30,874 bases of DNA, from positions 1 to 30,874 of IMG/VR virus record IMGVR_UViG_3300045988_027766. One strand, 5' to 3'. Below are positions 1-8,457 of the stretch, one piece after another; the stretch's first letter is position 1, and every line of letters starts with the position of its first letter. Source of the DNA: a virus. The position numbers and the translations under genes are program-made. Below the pieces are notes generated by a model. The model did no database searches. It was not told where the DNA came from and saw only the letters and a list, made by a program, of their open reading frames with translations.

Positions 1-141
1 TCATGGACGCATTCAAGCATCGTCGACACAGCCGAACGGATCAGGCTCCGCGCCTCCCAATACCAGCCGATCGACATCCGCATCGACGACACCGGCGTAG
101 GCGGAGGCCTCACCGACCTCCTCAAATCATGGCAACTGCCA
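1..141. repeat. terminal overlap copy 1 (identical to 30734..30874); circular-closure overlap
   Basis: The same 141 nt (tcatggacgcattcaagcatcg...aatcatggcaactgcca) is read at both ends of the window. Confidence 0.9.
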
Positions 142-453
142 GCCACCGGCATCAACTACGCCGGAAAGCCGAAAGACCCCCAATACCCCAACATCGCCTC
201 AGAACTATGGTTCGACTTCGCCACCATGCTCCCCCACCTCAGCATCAACCCACAACTCACCGACCTAGCCAAGCTCACCACCGAACTCACCACCCGCAAA
301 TGGCAGATAACCAGCCGCAACCAACGGCAAATCGAAAGCAAACAAGACTACAAAAACAGCATGAACCTCGGCAGCCCTGACCTCGCCGACAGCACGCTCC
401 TCGCCTGCTACGAGCCACCGAAACTCCCCTCATGGGACGTCATGGTCTGCTAA
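1..453 (+). CDS. terL: terminase large subunit, C-terminal (nuclease) part; continuation of the ORF that starts at 29927 and crosses the circular junction
   Basis: Frame 1 is open from base 1 to TAA 451-453. Bases 1-141 repeat 30734-30874 in the same reading frame (..SWTHSSIVDTAERIRL..). The joined ORF 29927..30733 + 1..453 encodes 419 aa. Confidence 0.85.
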   Translation, partial: SWTHSSIVDTAERIRLRASQYQPIDIRIDDTGVGGGLTDLLKSWQLPATGINYAGKPKDPQYPNIASELWFDFATMLPHLSINPQLTDLAKLTTELTTRKWQITSRNQRQIESKQDYKNSMNLGSPDLADSTLLACYEPPKLPSWDVMVC

Positions 454-517
454 CCATCCAATAGCCTACAGCCGGTAGAATAGTGCGATAGAAAACACCC
501 CATCGAAACGAGGCAAA

Positions 518-2605
518 TTGACTATTCTCAGCAACCTACGCTCAGGCTTCACGAACGCCTTCGGCCGTGCCGACGCACCCCACGCGACCCCGACACCGGC
601 CGGAGGCAACACCTGGCAGACAATCGGCGGCAACAACATCCCAATGCACGACACATACGACAACATCTTCCCCTACGTAAACGCCATCGCACAACGCTTC
701 AGCACCGTCATCCCCTACGCCGTCAGCTCGGACGGCCGTCGCCTCGACCCCGCCCCAGCCGCATTAAGCGCCCTATACGCCCCGAACGACACATACAGCT
801 GCCTCGAATTCCTCAAACTCATCGCCTCCGGAATCCTCACCCAATCCCACATCGACATCCTCATCTGGACAACCGAAGGCCCCGGCGGCAACATCACCCC
901 CGACAACATCACCGGCTACACCCTCCTACCAGCGAACAGCCGCGTATACAACGACACCCACTCCGACTGGTACCACCGCGTAACCATGGACTTCGGCGAC
1001 GGAACACGCCAATACGAATTCACCCGCAACGAAACCATCTCACTAAGCTACAGCCGCCACCCCAACGACCCCACCCAAGGCATCAGCCCCGCCATGACCA
1101 TCAAAAAATGGGCCAACGTCGACGACATGATCGCCGACTACGAACGCGGCTTCTTCGGCAACAACGCCGTACCAGCCGGCATGCTCGGCATCGTCTCCGA
1201 AAACGCAGAAGACTTCCAACGCAACCGCGCACGCCTCGAAGAAACCTTCCGCGGAGCCGGCAACAACAACGGCATCGTCTACAACATGGTGCCCGTCGAC
1301 CCCCTAACCCACAAGCCCAGCCAAACCAGCAAACTCGTCTGGGTACCATTCCAAAACTCCAACGACAGCCTCGACCTCCAAACCGTCAGCGACGTCGTCA
1401 ACAACCGTCTAGCCAACGCGCTCGCCGTCCCCGACATCATCCGAGGCATCGACAACGGCCAAACCTACGCCAACGCCGAAATGGCCGAACGCGCATTCAT
1501 CGAAAACACCCTCAAACCCCTCTGCATGACAGTCTGGGACAAATGGCAGTTCGAACTCGACCGCATCACCGGCGGCCTCGGCTACGGCATCACATTCACC
1601 CTCAACCTCCCCGCACAAACCGAAGTCGAAAGAATACAGGCGGAAACCCAACAAATCCGCGTCAACAACCTCATCCAACTCATAAACATGGGAGCATCGG
1701 TCGAAACCGCAGCCGAAGCACTCAACCTCCCCGAAGCATACCGACGACTCGACCTACACCCCACCATCACCACACCACTCATCCCATCCGCAAGGAAAAC
1801 CACGAAAGCCGCGAAGACGATCGACAACAAACCATCCGAAACCCACCTCCTGACCGCCACACGAGCCTACGTCAACCGCGTCATCCGACTCACACGCCGC
1901 TCACAAAACAGTCTCACGGACGACCTCAAAACCATCGGCCAACAATGGATCAACGACGTGGAAGACGACCTCACCACCCACCTCACCGCCTACGCGAAGA
2001 AAACCGGCCTGAACCTCGCACAAGTCATCACCGCATGGGCCGAAATCCACCCCGACAGCCCAATCGCAGTCGAAGTGCAAGGCTACACGCAAACCGACTG
2101 GCAGAAACTCTACGATTGGGCCAACCTACCAACAAACGTGAAGACAGCATATATTGACCACCTGGAAACAATCGCCAACACGTCCTCCAAAACCATCACC
2201 ACGAAAACCATCGACATCCTCACCAAAGCCGACCAGGAACAATGGGACGCACGACGATTACAAGACGAGCTCGCACGCTTCGGCAACGAACACGCCGAAC
2301 TCATCGCCCGATGCGAAACCGTCCAAGCCCAACGACTCGGAAGCCTGTACAGTGCACGCAACATGAGCGAAACACTAGGCATCCGACTGAAGAAAGTATG
2401 GCGAACCACCGGAGACGGCAACACATGCGAATTCTGCAAACACATGGAAGGCACCACCATCAACCTTGACGGCTCCTACCTGGCGGAAAACGCGGCCGTC
2501 ACCATCGGAGACCACACCTACGTCAACAACTTCGAAACCATGGCCACACCGAACGGGCATCCGAACTGCCGATGCTACGAAGACTACGAAGTAATGGAGG
2601 ACTAG
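518..2605 (+). CDS. portal protein fused to a Mu F / SPP1 gp7-like minor head protein domain
   Basis: A 695-aa ORF directly follows terL, with a TTG start 5 nt after GAGG. The N-terminal ~430 aa are portal-sized. The C-terminus ..NTCEFCKHMEG..NGHPNCRCYEDYEV carries the CxxC...HPNCRC signature of the Phage_Mu_F family. Confidence 0.75.
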   Translation: MTILSNLRSGFTNAFGRADAPHATPTPAGGNTWQTIGGNNIPMHDTYDNIFPYVNAIAQRFSTVIPYAVSSDGRRLDPAPAALSALYAPNDTYSCLEFLKLIASGILTQSHIDILIWTTEGPGGNITPDNITGYTLLPANSRVYNDTHSDWYHRVTMDFGDGTRQYEFTRNETISLSYSRHPNDPTQGISPAMTIKKWANVDDMIADYERGFFGNNAVPAGMLGIVSENAEDFQRNRARLEETFRGAGNNNGIVYNMVPVDPLTHKPSQTSKLVWVPFQNSNDSLDLQTVSDVVNNRLANALAVPDIIRGIDNGQTYANAEMAERAFIENTLKPLCMTVWDKWQFELDRITGGLGYGITFTLNLPAQTEVERIQAETQQIRVNNLIQLINMGASVETAAEALNLPEAYRRLDLHPTITTPLIPSARKTTKAAKTIDNKPSETHLLTATRAYVNRVIRLTRRSQNSLTDDLKTIGQQWINDVEDDLTTHLTAYAKKTGLNLAQVITAWAEIHPDSPIAVEVQGYTQTDWQKLYDWANLPTNVKTAYIDHLETIANTSSKTITTKTIDILTKADQEQWDARRLQDELARFGNEHAELIARCETVQAQRLGSLYSARNMSETLGIRLKKVWRTTGDGNTCEFCKHMEGTTINLDGSYLAENAAVTIGDHTYVNNFETMATPNGHPNCRCYEDYEVMED

Positions 2606-2607
2606 CC

Positions 2608-2742
2608 ATGACATACGACATCCACTGCAGGAAATGCGGACGCTACCTCGGCTCATGCGCACGCGACGCCGACATCACGCTCAAATGCCCCAACTGCAAG
2701 AGCCTGGAACAATATCACATCGTGTTATTATGGACTCGATGA
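2608..2742 (+). CDS. Com-like zinc-ribbon protein (44 aa)
   Basis: ATG lies 3 nt after the portal stop, with GGAGGA 6 nt upstream. The product is MTYDIHCRKCGRYLGSCARDADITLKCPNCKSLEQYHIVLLWTR. The pattern I-H-C-R-K-C..L...I-x-L-K-C-P-x-C-K parallels phage Mu Com (IRCKNCNKLL..IEIRCPRCK). It is below the ORF-track size cutoff. Confidence 0.55.
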   Translation: MTYDIHCRKCGRYLGSCARDADITLKCPNCKSLEQYHIVLLWTR

Positions 2743-2801
2743 ACACTAAGCCCCCCAAGGACGTTCACAAATGACACACAACAACCCACCGAAAGGGTGA
2801 C

Positions 2802-4610
2802 ATGACCACTCGAAAGAGCTTCACCCACACCGGCGGTACCGTTGAAACCAAGGGCCGAACCATCACATTCCTAGCCAATTCCGGCAAAGTAATGTGCAAC
2901 GGACTCACAGTAGACCTCGACACGCTCAAAACCCCCCTCACAGACGGGACATTGAAACTCGTGTCGGATCTCAACGAATCCGACAGGCTCTCACTCCCCC
3001 TACTCATCGACCACACGCCCAGCGTAGAAGCCCAAGCCGGTACGATCACCCGCCTATGGATGACCGACATCGGACTCATGGCCGAAGCCAAACTCAGCGA
3101 AGTCGACAACGGGGAACGCATCCGCCAGCTAGCAGCCGACGGATGCCTCACCAACAGTTTCAGCATCACCGTCGAATTCACCAAACAGCCCGGCAAAGAC
3201 GGCATCATCCACAATGGCGAACTGGTAGAAATCAGCGTCGTCTACCGTGGAGCCGACCCCCGAGCCGCATTCACCTCAATCAACAACCGAAAGGAAAACA
3301 CCATGGACAACGAACTCATGACGAAGCTCGCTCGCACCGTCGCCCAGTTCAAACTCGACCCGGACGAAGCCGCAACCCTCACCTCCTCCGTCACCGGCAT
3401 CATGAACGATGCGGTATCCGACATCACGGAAGCAATCGACGATCAGACCGGCACTCAGACCACTCAGGAACAGGCCGCCCCGGAAGAGCCGACCCAGTCC
3501 GCCAACAAGCGTCCGCTCGTCATCATCAACAAGAGCAACCGGGCCGCCAAACAGTCCGGCGTCGCATCCTTCTCCCACGACCGCAAGACGTGGCTCGACT
3601 CCCCGGACGCCATGGCCTCCTTCGAACGCACCCTCATCAACAATGACAACAAGGGCGTCGAAGCATTCCACAAGGAATGGGCCGACACCGTGTCCCGCAA
3701 CATGGCCGACACCGCCTCATTCGGCGTAGGCAAGACCGACGTGGACAAGTTCATTCCGACCGAAGCCATCACCACCATCAGCGACGCGCTCAACACGAGA
3801 GGCTCCGGACTGTGGAACCTGTTCCGCAAGACCGGCATGGACAGGCTCACCATCGGCGGTAACATTCTCGGCCTGACCGACGCGACCCGCGCCCACGGCT
3901 ACCCGGTCACCTCCTATGGCACCAAGAAGAAGGAACAGGCCCCGTCCTTTGTTAAGCGCGAACTGACCGCAGACTACACGTACAAGTACATCACCCTCAA
4001 CAAGGGTGACATCCGTCGTACGCAGAAGCCGGGCGCACTGCTCCGCTACATCCTCTCCGAACTGCCGAACTACATCATCCAGACCATCGAACGTCAGGTC
4101 GTACTCGGCGGCTACGAAGACATGGCCCACTTCCGTTCCATCACCACCGACGCGGCCGACAAGGCCTCCGAATGGGCAGGTAACAAGTTCGCACTCACCC
4201 ACACCCTCACCGAGGACGCGCCGCTCATGGGCTTCGTCAAGGCATCCCACATGGTTCGCGCACAGGGCAACAAGGTACTCGTCTGCAATGCGGACACGGT
4301 AGCCGACCTGCTCATGAGCGCCAACGCGAACGGTAACACGTACATCGCTCTCGGCGGTGACGACACGCTCGCCCGTGCGCTCGGCGTCTCCCAGATCATC
4401 ACCCCGGAATGGTGGACTGCGGAAGACGACAAGACAGTCGCCGGCGTGGTCATGTCCGCATCCCACTACGCGCTCGTCGGCGACACGTCCGTCGAATCGT
4501 TCACGAACTTCGCGCTCCAGACAAATACCAATGAATACCTGCAGGAAATCTACGCAGGCGGCGGCCTGGACGCTGAGAAGTCCGCAGTGGTCATCAAGCC
4601 GAAGGCCTGA
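2802..4610 (+). CDS. prohead serine protease - linker/scaffold - HK97-fold major capsid protein fusion
   Basis: 602 aa. The N-terminal ~165 aa carry S78/U35-type protease motifs ([33 protein letters not shown]). An acidic/Q-rich linker follows. The C-terminal ~330 aa sit in the capsid position and are capsid-sized. RBS is GAAAGGGTG. Confidence 0.7.
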   Translation: MTTRKSFTHTGGTVETKGRTITFLANSGKVMCNGLTVDLDTLKTPLTDGTLKLVSDLNESDRLSLPLLIDHTPSVEAQAGTITRLWMTDIGLMAEAKLSEVDNGERIRQLAADGCLTNSFSITVEFTKQPGKDGIIHNGELVEISVVYRGADPRAAFTSINNRKENTMDNELMTKLARTVAQFKLDPDEAATLTSSVTGIMNDAVSDITEAIDDQTGTQTTQEQAAPEEPTQSANKRPLVIINKSNRAAKQSGVASFSHDRKTWLDSPDAMASFERTLINNDNKGVEAFHKEWADTVSRNMADTASFGVGKTDVDKFIPTEAITTISDALNTRGSGLWNLFRKTGMDRLTIGGNILGLTDATRAHGYPVTSYGTKKKEQAPSFVKRELTADYTYKYITLNKGDIRRTQKPGALLRYILSELPNYIIQTIERQVVLGGYEDMAHFRSITTDAADKASEWAGNKFALTHTLTEDAPLMGFVKASHMVRAQGNKVLVCNADTVADLLMSANANGNTYIALGGDDTLARALGVSQIITPEWWTAEDDKTVAGVVMSASHYALVGDTSVESFTNFALQTNTNEYLQEIYAGGGLDAEKSAVVIKPKA

Positions 4611-4612
4611 TC

Positions 4613-4945
4613 ATGAACGCTGAAATGTACTCACGAATCGGCGGCAAGGCGCTGCCAGCAGATAATCTGGACACGGTCAAGGTCATTAACTTCGTGGACA
4701 AGGAAGGGCAGCCAGTAGCCTTCGGCCAGGGCCCCGCAGGCCCCGCAGGCCCCGCAGGCCCCGTAGGCCCCGTAGGCCCCGCAGGCCCCGCAGGCCCCGC
4801 AGGCCCCGCAGGCCCCGCAGGCCCCGTAGGCCCCGCAGGCCCCGCAGGCACGATCACCAAAGCCGCCCACGTCGACCCAAACACCGGCTCAGTAGCGGAA
4901 ATAGTCTCCGCCCTAATAGCCGCAGGACTCATGGAAACCGCCTAA
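4613..4945 (+). CDS. collagen-like (Gly-Pro-Ala/Val)13 repeat protein; head fibre/decoration candidate
   Basis: 110 aa starting 2 nt after the capsid stop. The core is [40 protein letters not shown], flanked by non-repetitive N- and C-terminal segments. Confidence 0.7.
   Translation: MNAEMYSRIGGKALPADNLDTVKVINFVDKEGQPVAFGQGPAGPAGPAGPVGPVGPAGPAGPAGPAGPAGPVGPAGPAGTITKAAHVDPNTGSVAEIVSALIAAGLMETA
4730..4849. repeat. tandem 9-bp repeat ggccccgca/ggccccgta x13 (encodes the collagen-like tract)
   Basis: Copies are perfect at nucleotide level except for c/t at one position. This creates long shadow ORFs on both strands. Confidence 0.95.
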
Positions 4946-4966
4946 CAGCCAGCCAATAAACAACAC

Positions 4967-5000
4967 TAGGCCCTACCGATATAATTAACGGTAGGGCCTA
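4967..5000 (+). terminator. stem-loop after the capsid/collagen-like genes (attenuator or terminator)
   Basis: Perfect 12-bp stem taggccctaccg / cggtagggccta with a 10-nt AT loop. No clear T-run follows. Confidence 0.45.
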
Positions 5001-5020
5001 ACTGATTCTCCGGAGGAAAA

Positions 5021-5674
5021 ATGATCATCGACGACACCGTACGCACCCAAGTCGGCGACACCGCCTACACGACATGGAAAGACGCCGCACTCGCAGAACT
5101 AGCCAACCTGATCTGCATGAACGATTTCGAACAAACCCAAACCAACACGACAGGCACCGTCAGCCAAGACGGCACACACGTCCACCTACCATCATGGTAT
5201 TCGGAAATATGGTCAGCCAACACGACGACCAACACCCCCATCGACTACAAAGTCACCTACAACAAAAACGACGGACTCTCACCAGCCACCTCATACACGA
5301 ACACCATAACCCTCACCCACGCCTATCCAGCCGGCACGAAAATCACCGTCAGCGGCAGACACGGATTCAAAAAACTCCCCGCACCACTCGCCAGCATACT
5401 CACCGCCATCATCCAAGCCGACCAGACGACAGTCGACCGATCCGACCTCATCACCTCAAAGAAAATCGAAGACGTAAGCGTCTCCTACGCCACCGGCACG
5501 CAAACCACCCTCGAACATGCACTCACCCCATACCGCGCACTGATATCCTCCTGGAGCCTCTGCACAACCCGAACCGACACAGGAGGACTCCTCGACATGC
5601 CAACCCCCCACCACGACCTGCCCTGGTGGATCAACGAACAAGACCTAGGAGCAGCCAACCATGCCATCCTGTAA
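5021..5674 (+). CDS. head-tail connector/adaptor candidate (hypothetical structural protein)
   Basis: 217 aa with RBS GGAGGA. It is the first gene after the capsid module. No motif recognised. Confidence 0.35.
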   Translation: MIIDDTVRTQVGDTAYTTWKDAALAELANLICMNDFEQTQTNTTGTVSQDGTHVHLPSWYSEIWSANTTTNTPIDYKVTYNKNDGLSPATSYTNTITLTHAYPAGTKITVSGRHGFKKLPAPLASILTAIIQADQTTVDRSDLITSKKIEDVSVSYATGTQTTLEHALTPYRALISSWSLCTTRTDTGGLLDMPTPHHDLPWWINEQDLGAANHAIL

Positions 5675-6029
5675 CCCATTCAAACTCTTCCCCAACCAAA
5701 CCCAACAAGCCACCCTCTGGAAATACACGGCACCCGGCCTCGACAACATCAAACTCGCCGACCTAAACGTCATCATCAAACACTCCACACAAACCAACCA
5801 ACCAACCGAATACGCAAGCCGTATCACCAGCCGCCGCTTCCACATCCAACCCGACAACCTCCCCACAAACCTCCACGAAGACATGGAAGCATGGCCAGAC
5901 CTCATCCTCACCCTCACCAACGGCCGCACCTACCAAGTCGAACAAGCCAGCCGAGGAGACGACATGACCACCGGCACCACCCAATTCATCACCATCACAG
6001 CCCACCCCTACGGCAGGAACAGCCTATGA
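5661..6029 (+). CDS. head closure / head-tail joining candidate
   Basis: 122 aa. It overlaps the upstream gene by 14 nt and the downstream start by ATGA. The call rests on synteny only. Confidence 0.3.
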   Translation: MPSCNPFKLFPNQTQQATLWKYTAPGLDNIKLADLNVIIKHSTQTNQPTEYASRITSRRFHIQPDNLPTNLHEDMEAWPDLILTLTNGRTYQVEQASRGDDMTTGTTQFITITAHPYGRNSL

Positions 6030-6346
6030 GCTACCAACTCAAAACCACCGCCTCATGGACAAGAAAACTCTCCACCCAACAACTCAACAAAGGCGGCGCA
6101 CAAATGATGACCGACATCCTCCGAATGGCACGACAAAACGCGCCAGTCAAAACCGGCGCACTCCGCAACAGCGGCCGCTTCCAACAAACCAACACCCTCC
6201 ACTGGCGCATCACATTCGGCAACAGTCGCGTCCCCTACGCCCGAATCCGCGAACACACCAACCGCCTCCACCCCAACACCACCAGATACCTCGAACGCGC
6301 CGCCACCACAGCAAACAACAAAATCAAAACCTACTTCAACATCTAA
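6026..6346 (+). CDS. HK97 gp10-family tail completion / neck protein
   Basis: Internal ATG at 6026 of track ORF 5891..6346, in an ATGA overlap with the upstream stop. The product has the NAPVKTGALRNSGRF motif typical of the HK97 gp10 family. Confidence 0.6.
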   Translation: MSYQLKTTASWTRKLSTQQLNKGGAQMMTDILRMARQNAPVKTGALRNSGRFQQTNTLHWRITFGNSRVPYARIREHTNRLHPNTTRYLERAATTANNKIKTYFNI

Positions 6347-6355
6347 GGACACCAC

Positions 6356-6781
6356 ATGATAGACCTCGCAATATGCATGACCCTCCAAAACGAAAACTAC
6401 GGCACCTACGGCCAAAACCTCTTCTTCGGCACCAGCCCCATCCTCGACACCGGCACCGTCACCAGCCAACAAGGCATCTGGGTCAACGCCAACACCGTCG
6501 ACATCAACGGCGACCTCTACACCGACCAAATCACCATCAGCAGCCGATACGACGACGTACTCACCCAAGGCCGCCTCATGCTCCAACTACTCCACTACAT
6601 CAACAACACACTCCCCCACTACTGCACACTCACATGCCAACCAATCACCAACATCACCTACGAAAGCATCCGCACCCACCCAGCCACAGCCATAGACCTA
6701 GACGCCATCGACCACGAAGGCCACTGGGTCAAAAGCATCCGCTTCCAAATCGACTACAAACTCGACCCCACCACACTGTAA
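6356..6781 (+). CDS. tail terminator / tail completion candidate
   Basis: 141 aa with RBS TAAGGA. It lies immediately upstream of the major tail gene. Confidence 0.35.
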   Translation: MIDLAICMTLQNENYGTYGQNLFFGTSPILDTGTVTSQQGIWVNANTVDINGDLYTDQITISSRYDDVLTQGRLMLQLLHYINNTLPHYCTLTCQPITNITYESIRTHPATAIDLDAIDHEGHWVKSIRFQIDYKLDPTTL

Positions 6782-6819
6782 AATAGACACAGCCAACAAC
6801 CCCTCGAAAGGACACAAAA

Positions 6820-7644
6820 ATGGCATCATACCCACTCATCGGCAAAAAAACCGTCTACATCGACGACATGATCATCCCACCCGACTACATCCAAGACGAA
6901 GTCGGCACCATCACCCTCACCCCCAGCACCACCGAAATCGCCAGCCAGTCCGGCACCATCAAAGTACCAAACGGCAGCTACGACGAACTCAGCTTCGAAC
7001 TCAACATCATCTGCCCAAGCGTCCGATTCCTCGGCATGCTATTCCCCGAACTCTACCACAACGCCACATTCAAACGCGTCATCAGCGGCACCATGAGCGA
7101 AACCGGCCAAGTCCGATTCGGCGGCAACGAATGCGTCAGCAACACACCACGAGACATCATCATCCACAACGTATGCGACGGCGCATCCAGCGCACAAGAC
7201 TTCCGCATCCCACAAGCACTCATCAGCGCAGGCGGCGAATTCAAAGTCAGCCTCAGCGACCCATTCGTCGTCACCCTCAGCGGCACCATGGCATCCGGCA
7301 GCGAAGGCGCAGTCATCATGGGCGAACTCGACCTGAACACGCCAAGCCACTACGACGAAACCACCGGTTCCATCAAACCAGATGAAAGTAAAATCACTGA
7401 ACTAAAGGCCATACCGTCCACCATCACCGGCAAAGCAAACGACACGGTAAAAGTCAACGTGACCGCTTTCCCGAACGGCGCAGTCGGCAACATTACCGCC
7501 ACTCCTGGTCTCGAGGGTACGGTCGAAGCAACGGACAATGGCGACGGCACATGGAACGTCACCCTGAAGAAGACTGGTACCGATACCGTCACGTTCAAAT
7601 CCGGATCCGTGCAGACTGTCGTCAACGTCAACGTGACAGCCTAG
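6820..7644 (+). CDS. major tail protein with C-terminal Ig-like (Big_2-type) domain
   Basis: 274 aa, positioned before the chaperones and tape measure. The C-terminal ~85 aa (ELKAIPSTITGKANDTVKVNVTAFPNG...TVTFKSGSVQTVVNVNVTA) look like a bacterial Ig-like beta-sandwich. Confidence 0.65.
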   Translation: MASYPLIGKKTVYIDDMIIPPDYIQDEVGTITLTPSTTEIASQSGTIKVPNGSYDELSFELNIICPSVRFLGMLFPELYHNATFKRVISGTMSETGQVRFGGNECVSNTPRDIIIHNVCDGASSAQDFRIPQALISAGGEFKVSLSDPFVVTLSGTMASGSEGAVIMGELDLNTPSHYDETTGSIKPDESKITELKAIPSTITGKANDTVKVNVTAFPNGAVGNITATPGLEGTVEATDNGDGTWNVTLKKTGTDTVTFKSGSVQTVVNVNVTA

Positions 7645-7659
7645 CCAAGAATAAAAAAT

Positions 7660-7699
7660 GCGCCCGTCGTGAAAGAAAGGCAAAGAACACGACGGACGC
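7660..7699 (+). terminator. stem-loop after the major tail gene
   Basis: gcgcccgtcgtg ... cacgacggacgc forms a 12-bp stem with one mismatch and a 16-nt loop. There is no strong T-run. Confidence 0.35.
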
Positions 7700-7770
7700 T
7701 GATTCACATGGCTTCCTAAACAAAGGAACCAGTCACCATGATACAACACTATTGACTGGAGTACAAAGCA

Positions 7771-8124
7771 ATGGCTACACCAATCCTTGACATCGATACT
7801 CGTAAAAGCTTCCGCACGCTCACCGTCAAACTTGACGGAATCGTCTATACCATGCGGCCTCTCGGTTCGAAAGACCTCCTCACCATCCTTGACAATGCGG
7901 AAACGTTAGACAAGCTCACCACCGGCAGAATGACCCGTGAAACCTTGGAAGCCGCGGAAACCATCATCTTCCCGCTCGTCGCCAGCCTCATGACCCCCAG
8001 TAACGCGTTCAACGAGTGGATGACCCAAACCAAACAGCGTAGCGACCTCGCCTACTATCGTGCGATGACCGCTCTCTGCAAGCTCATGAGCGAAAACCTC
8101 AACATCAGCATCAAAGGTGAATAA
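7771..8124 (+). CDS. tail assembly chaperone (G-like)
   Basis: 117 aa, in the conserved position between the major tail and tape measure genes. Confidence 0.55.
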   Translation: MATPILDIDTRKSFRTLTVKLDGIVYTMRPLGSKDLLTILDNAETLDKLTTGRMTRETLEAAETIIFPLVASLMTPSNAFNEWMTQTKQRSDLAYYRAMTALCKLMSENLNISIKGE

Positions 8125-8127
8125 TCC

Positions 8128-8454
8128 ATGAAATCATGGGATGAGCTCATCACTCCGGAAGAAAAGGAGCGGATGAGCAAATACAAGCGGAAGGAGACAG
8201 TCCACAAGACATCTCCCTCCGCTCGCATCCTCGCCGAACTCGGCACATTATACGGGTGGATGGCTGTCCGGGATGCACTCGAAAACAATATTTCACCAAA
8301 TCTCATGTTCGACCTGGTCAAAGAAGGCCGCCACCAACATAACATTCACCTAGCCGAACAATACCGTATGCTCTTCGAATGTCTTACAGCCGCTTTCAGT
8401 AAACACGGCGACCAAAGAATCAGCCGAATACTAGACCAGCTCGGAAAGGAATAA
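8128..8454 (+). CDS. second tail assembly chaperone-position protein (T-like), in the SAME frame as 7771..8124
   Basis: 108 aa with its own SD AAAGGTG. It is separated from the upstream ORF only by TAA + TCC. Confidence 0.45.
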   Translation: MKSWDELITPEEKERMSKYKRKETVHKTSPSARILAELGTLYGWMAVRDALENNISPNLMFDLVKEGRHQHNIHLAEQYRMLFECLTAAFSKHGDQRISRILDQLGKE

Positions 8455-8457
8455 ACG

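Noticed and set aside
1-141. The 141-bp terminal repeat as a physical direct terminal repeat or cos/pac end.
   Set aside because: It lies in frame in the middle of terL, and its length equals a common assembler k-mer. Circular-closure overlap is the simpler explanation.
3-380. 125-aa ORF at the window start.
   Set aside because: It is out of frame with the terL continuation (frame 1, which carries recognisable terminase sequence and matches the window end). The product is Arg/His/Pro low-complexity.
1108-2157. 349-aa Arg/Pro/His-rich + strand ORF inside the portal gene. Similar long ORFs occur at 2894..3646, 5074..5766, 6055..6786, 11703..12326(-), 13126..13788(-), 14752..15885(-), 21291..22061(-) and 22446..23114(-).
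   Set aside because: These are shadow ORFs. They lie out of frame or antisense within genes that have clear motifs. Their products are low-complexity R/P/H/T strings. They stay open only because the extreme strand-composition skew depletes stop codons.
4594-4932. 112-aa minus-strand Gly/Pro/Ala ORF, and 4631..4870(-).
   Set aside because: They are antisense shadows of the 9-bp tandem array. The + strand frame has an SD, coupling to the capsid gene and non-repetitive termini.
8080-8135. Canonical -1 slippery site for a G-T chaperone frameshift.
   Set aside because: No X XXY YYZ heptamer was recognised near the 3' end of 7771..8124. The downstream ORF is in the same frame, so a -1 shift would not join them.
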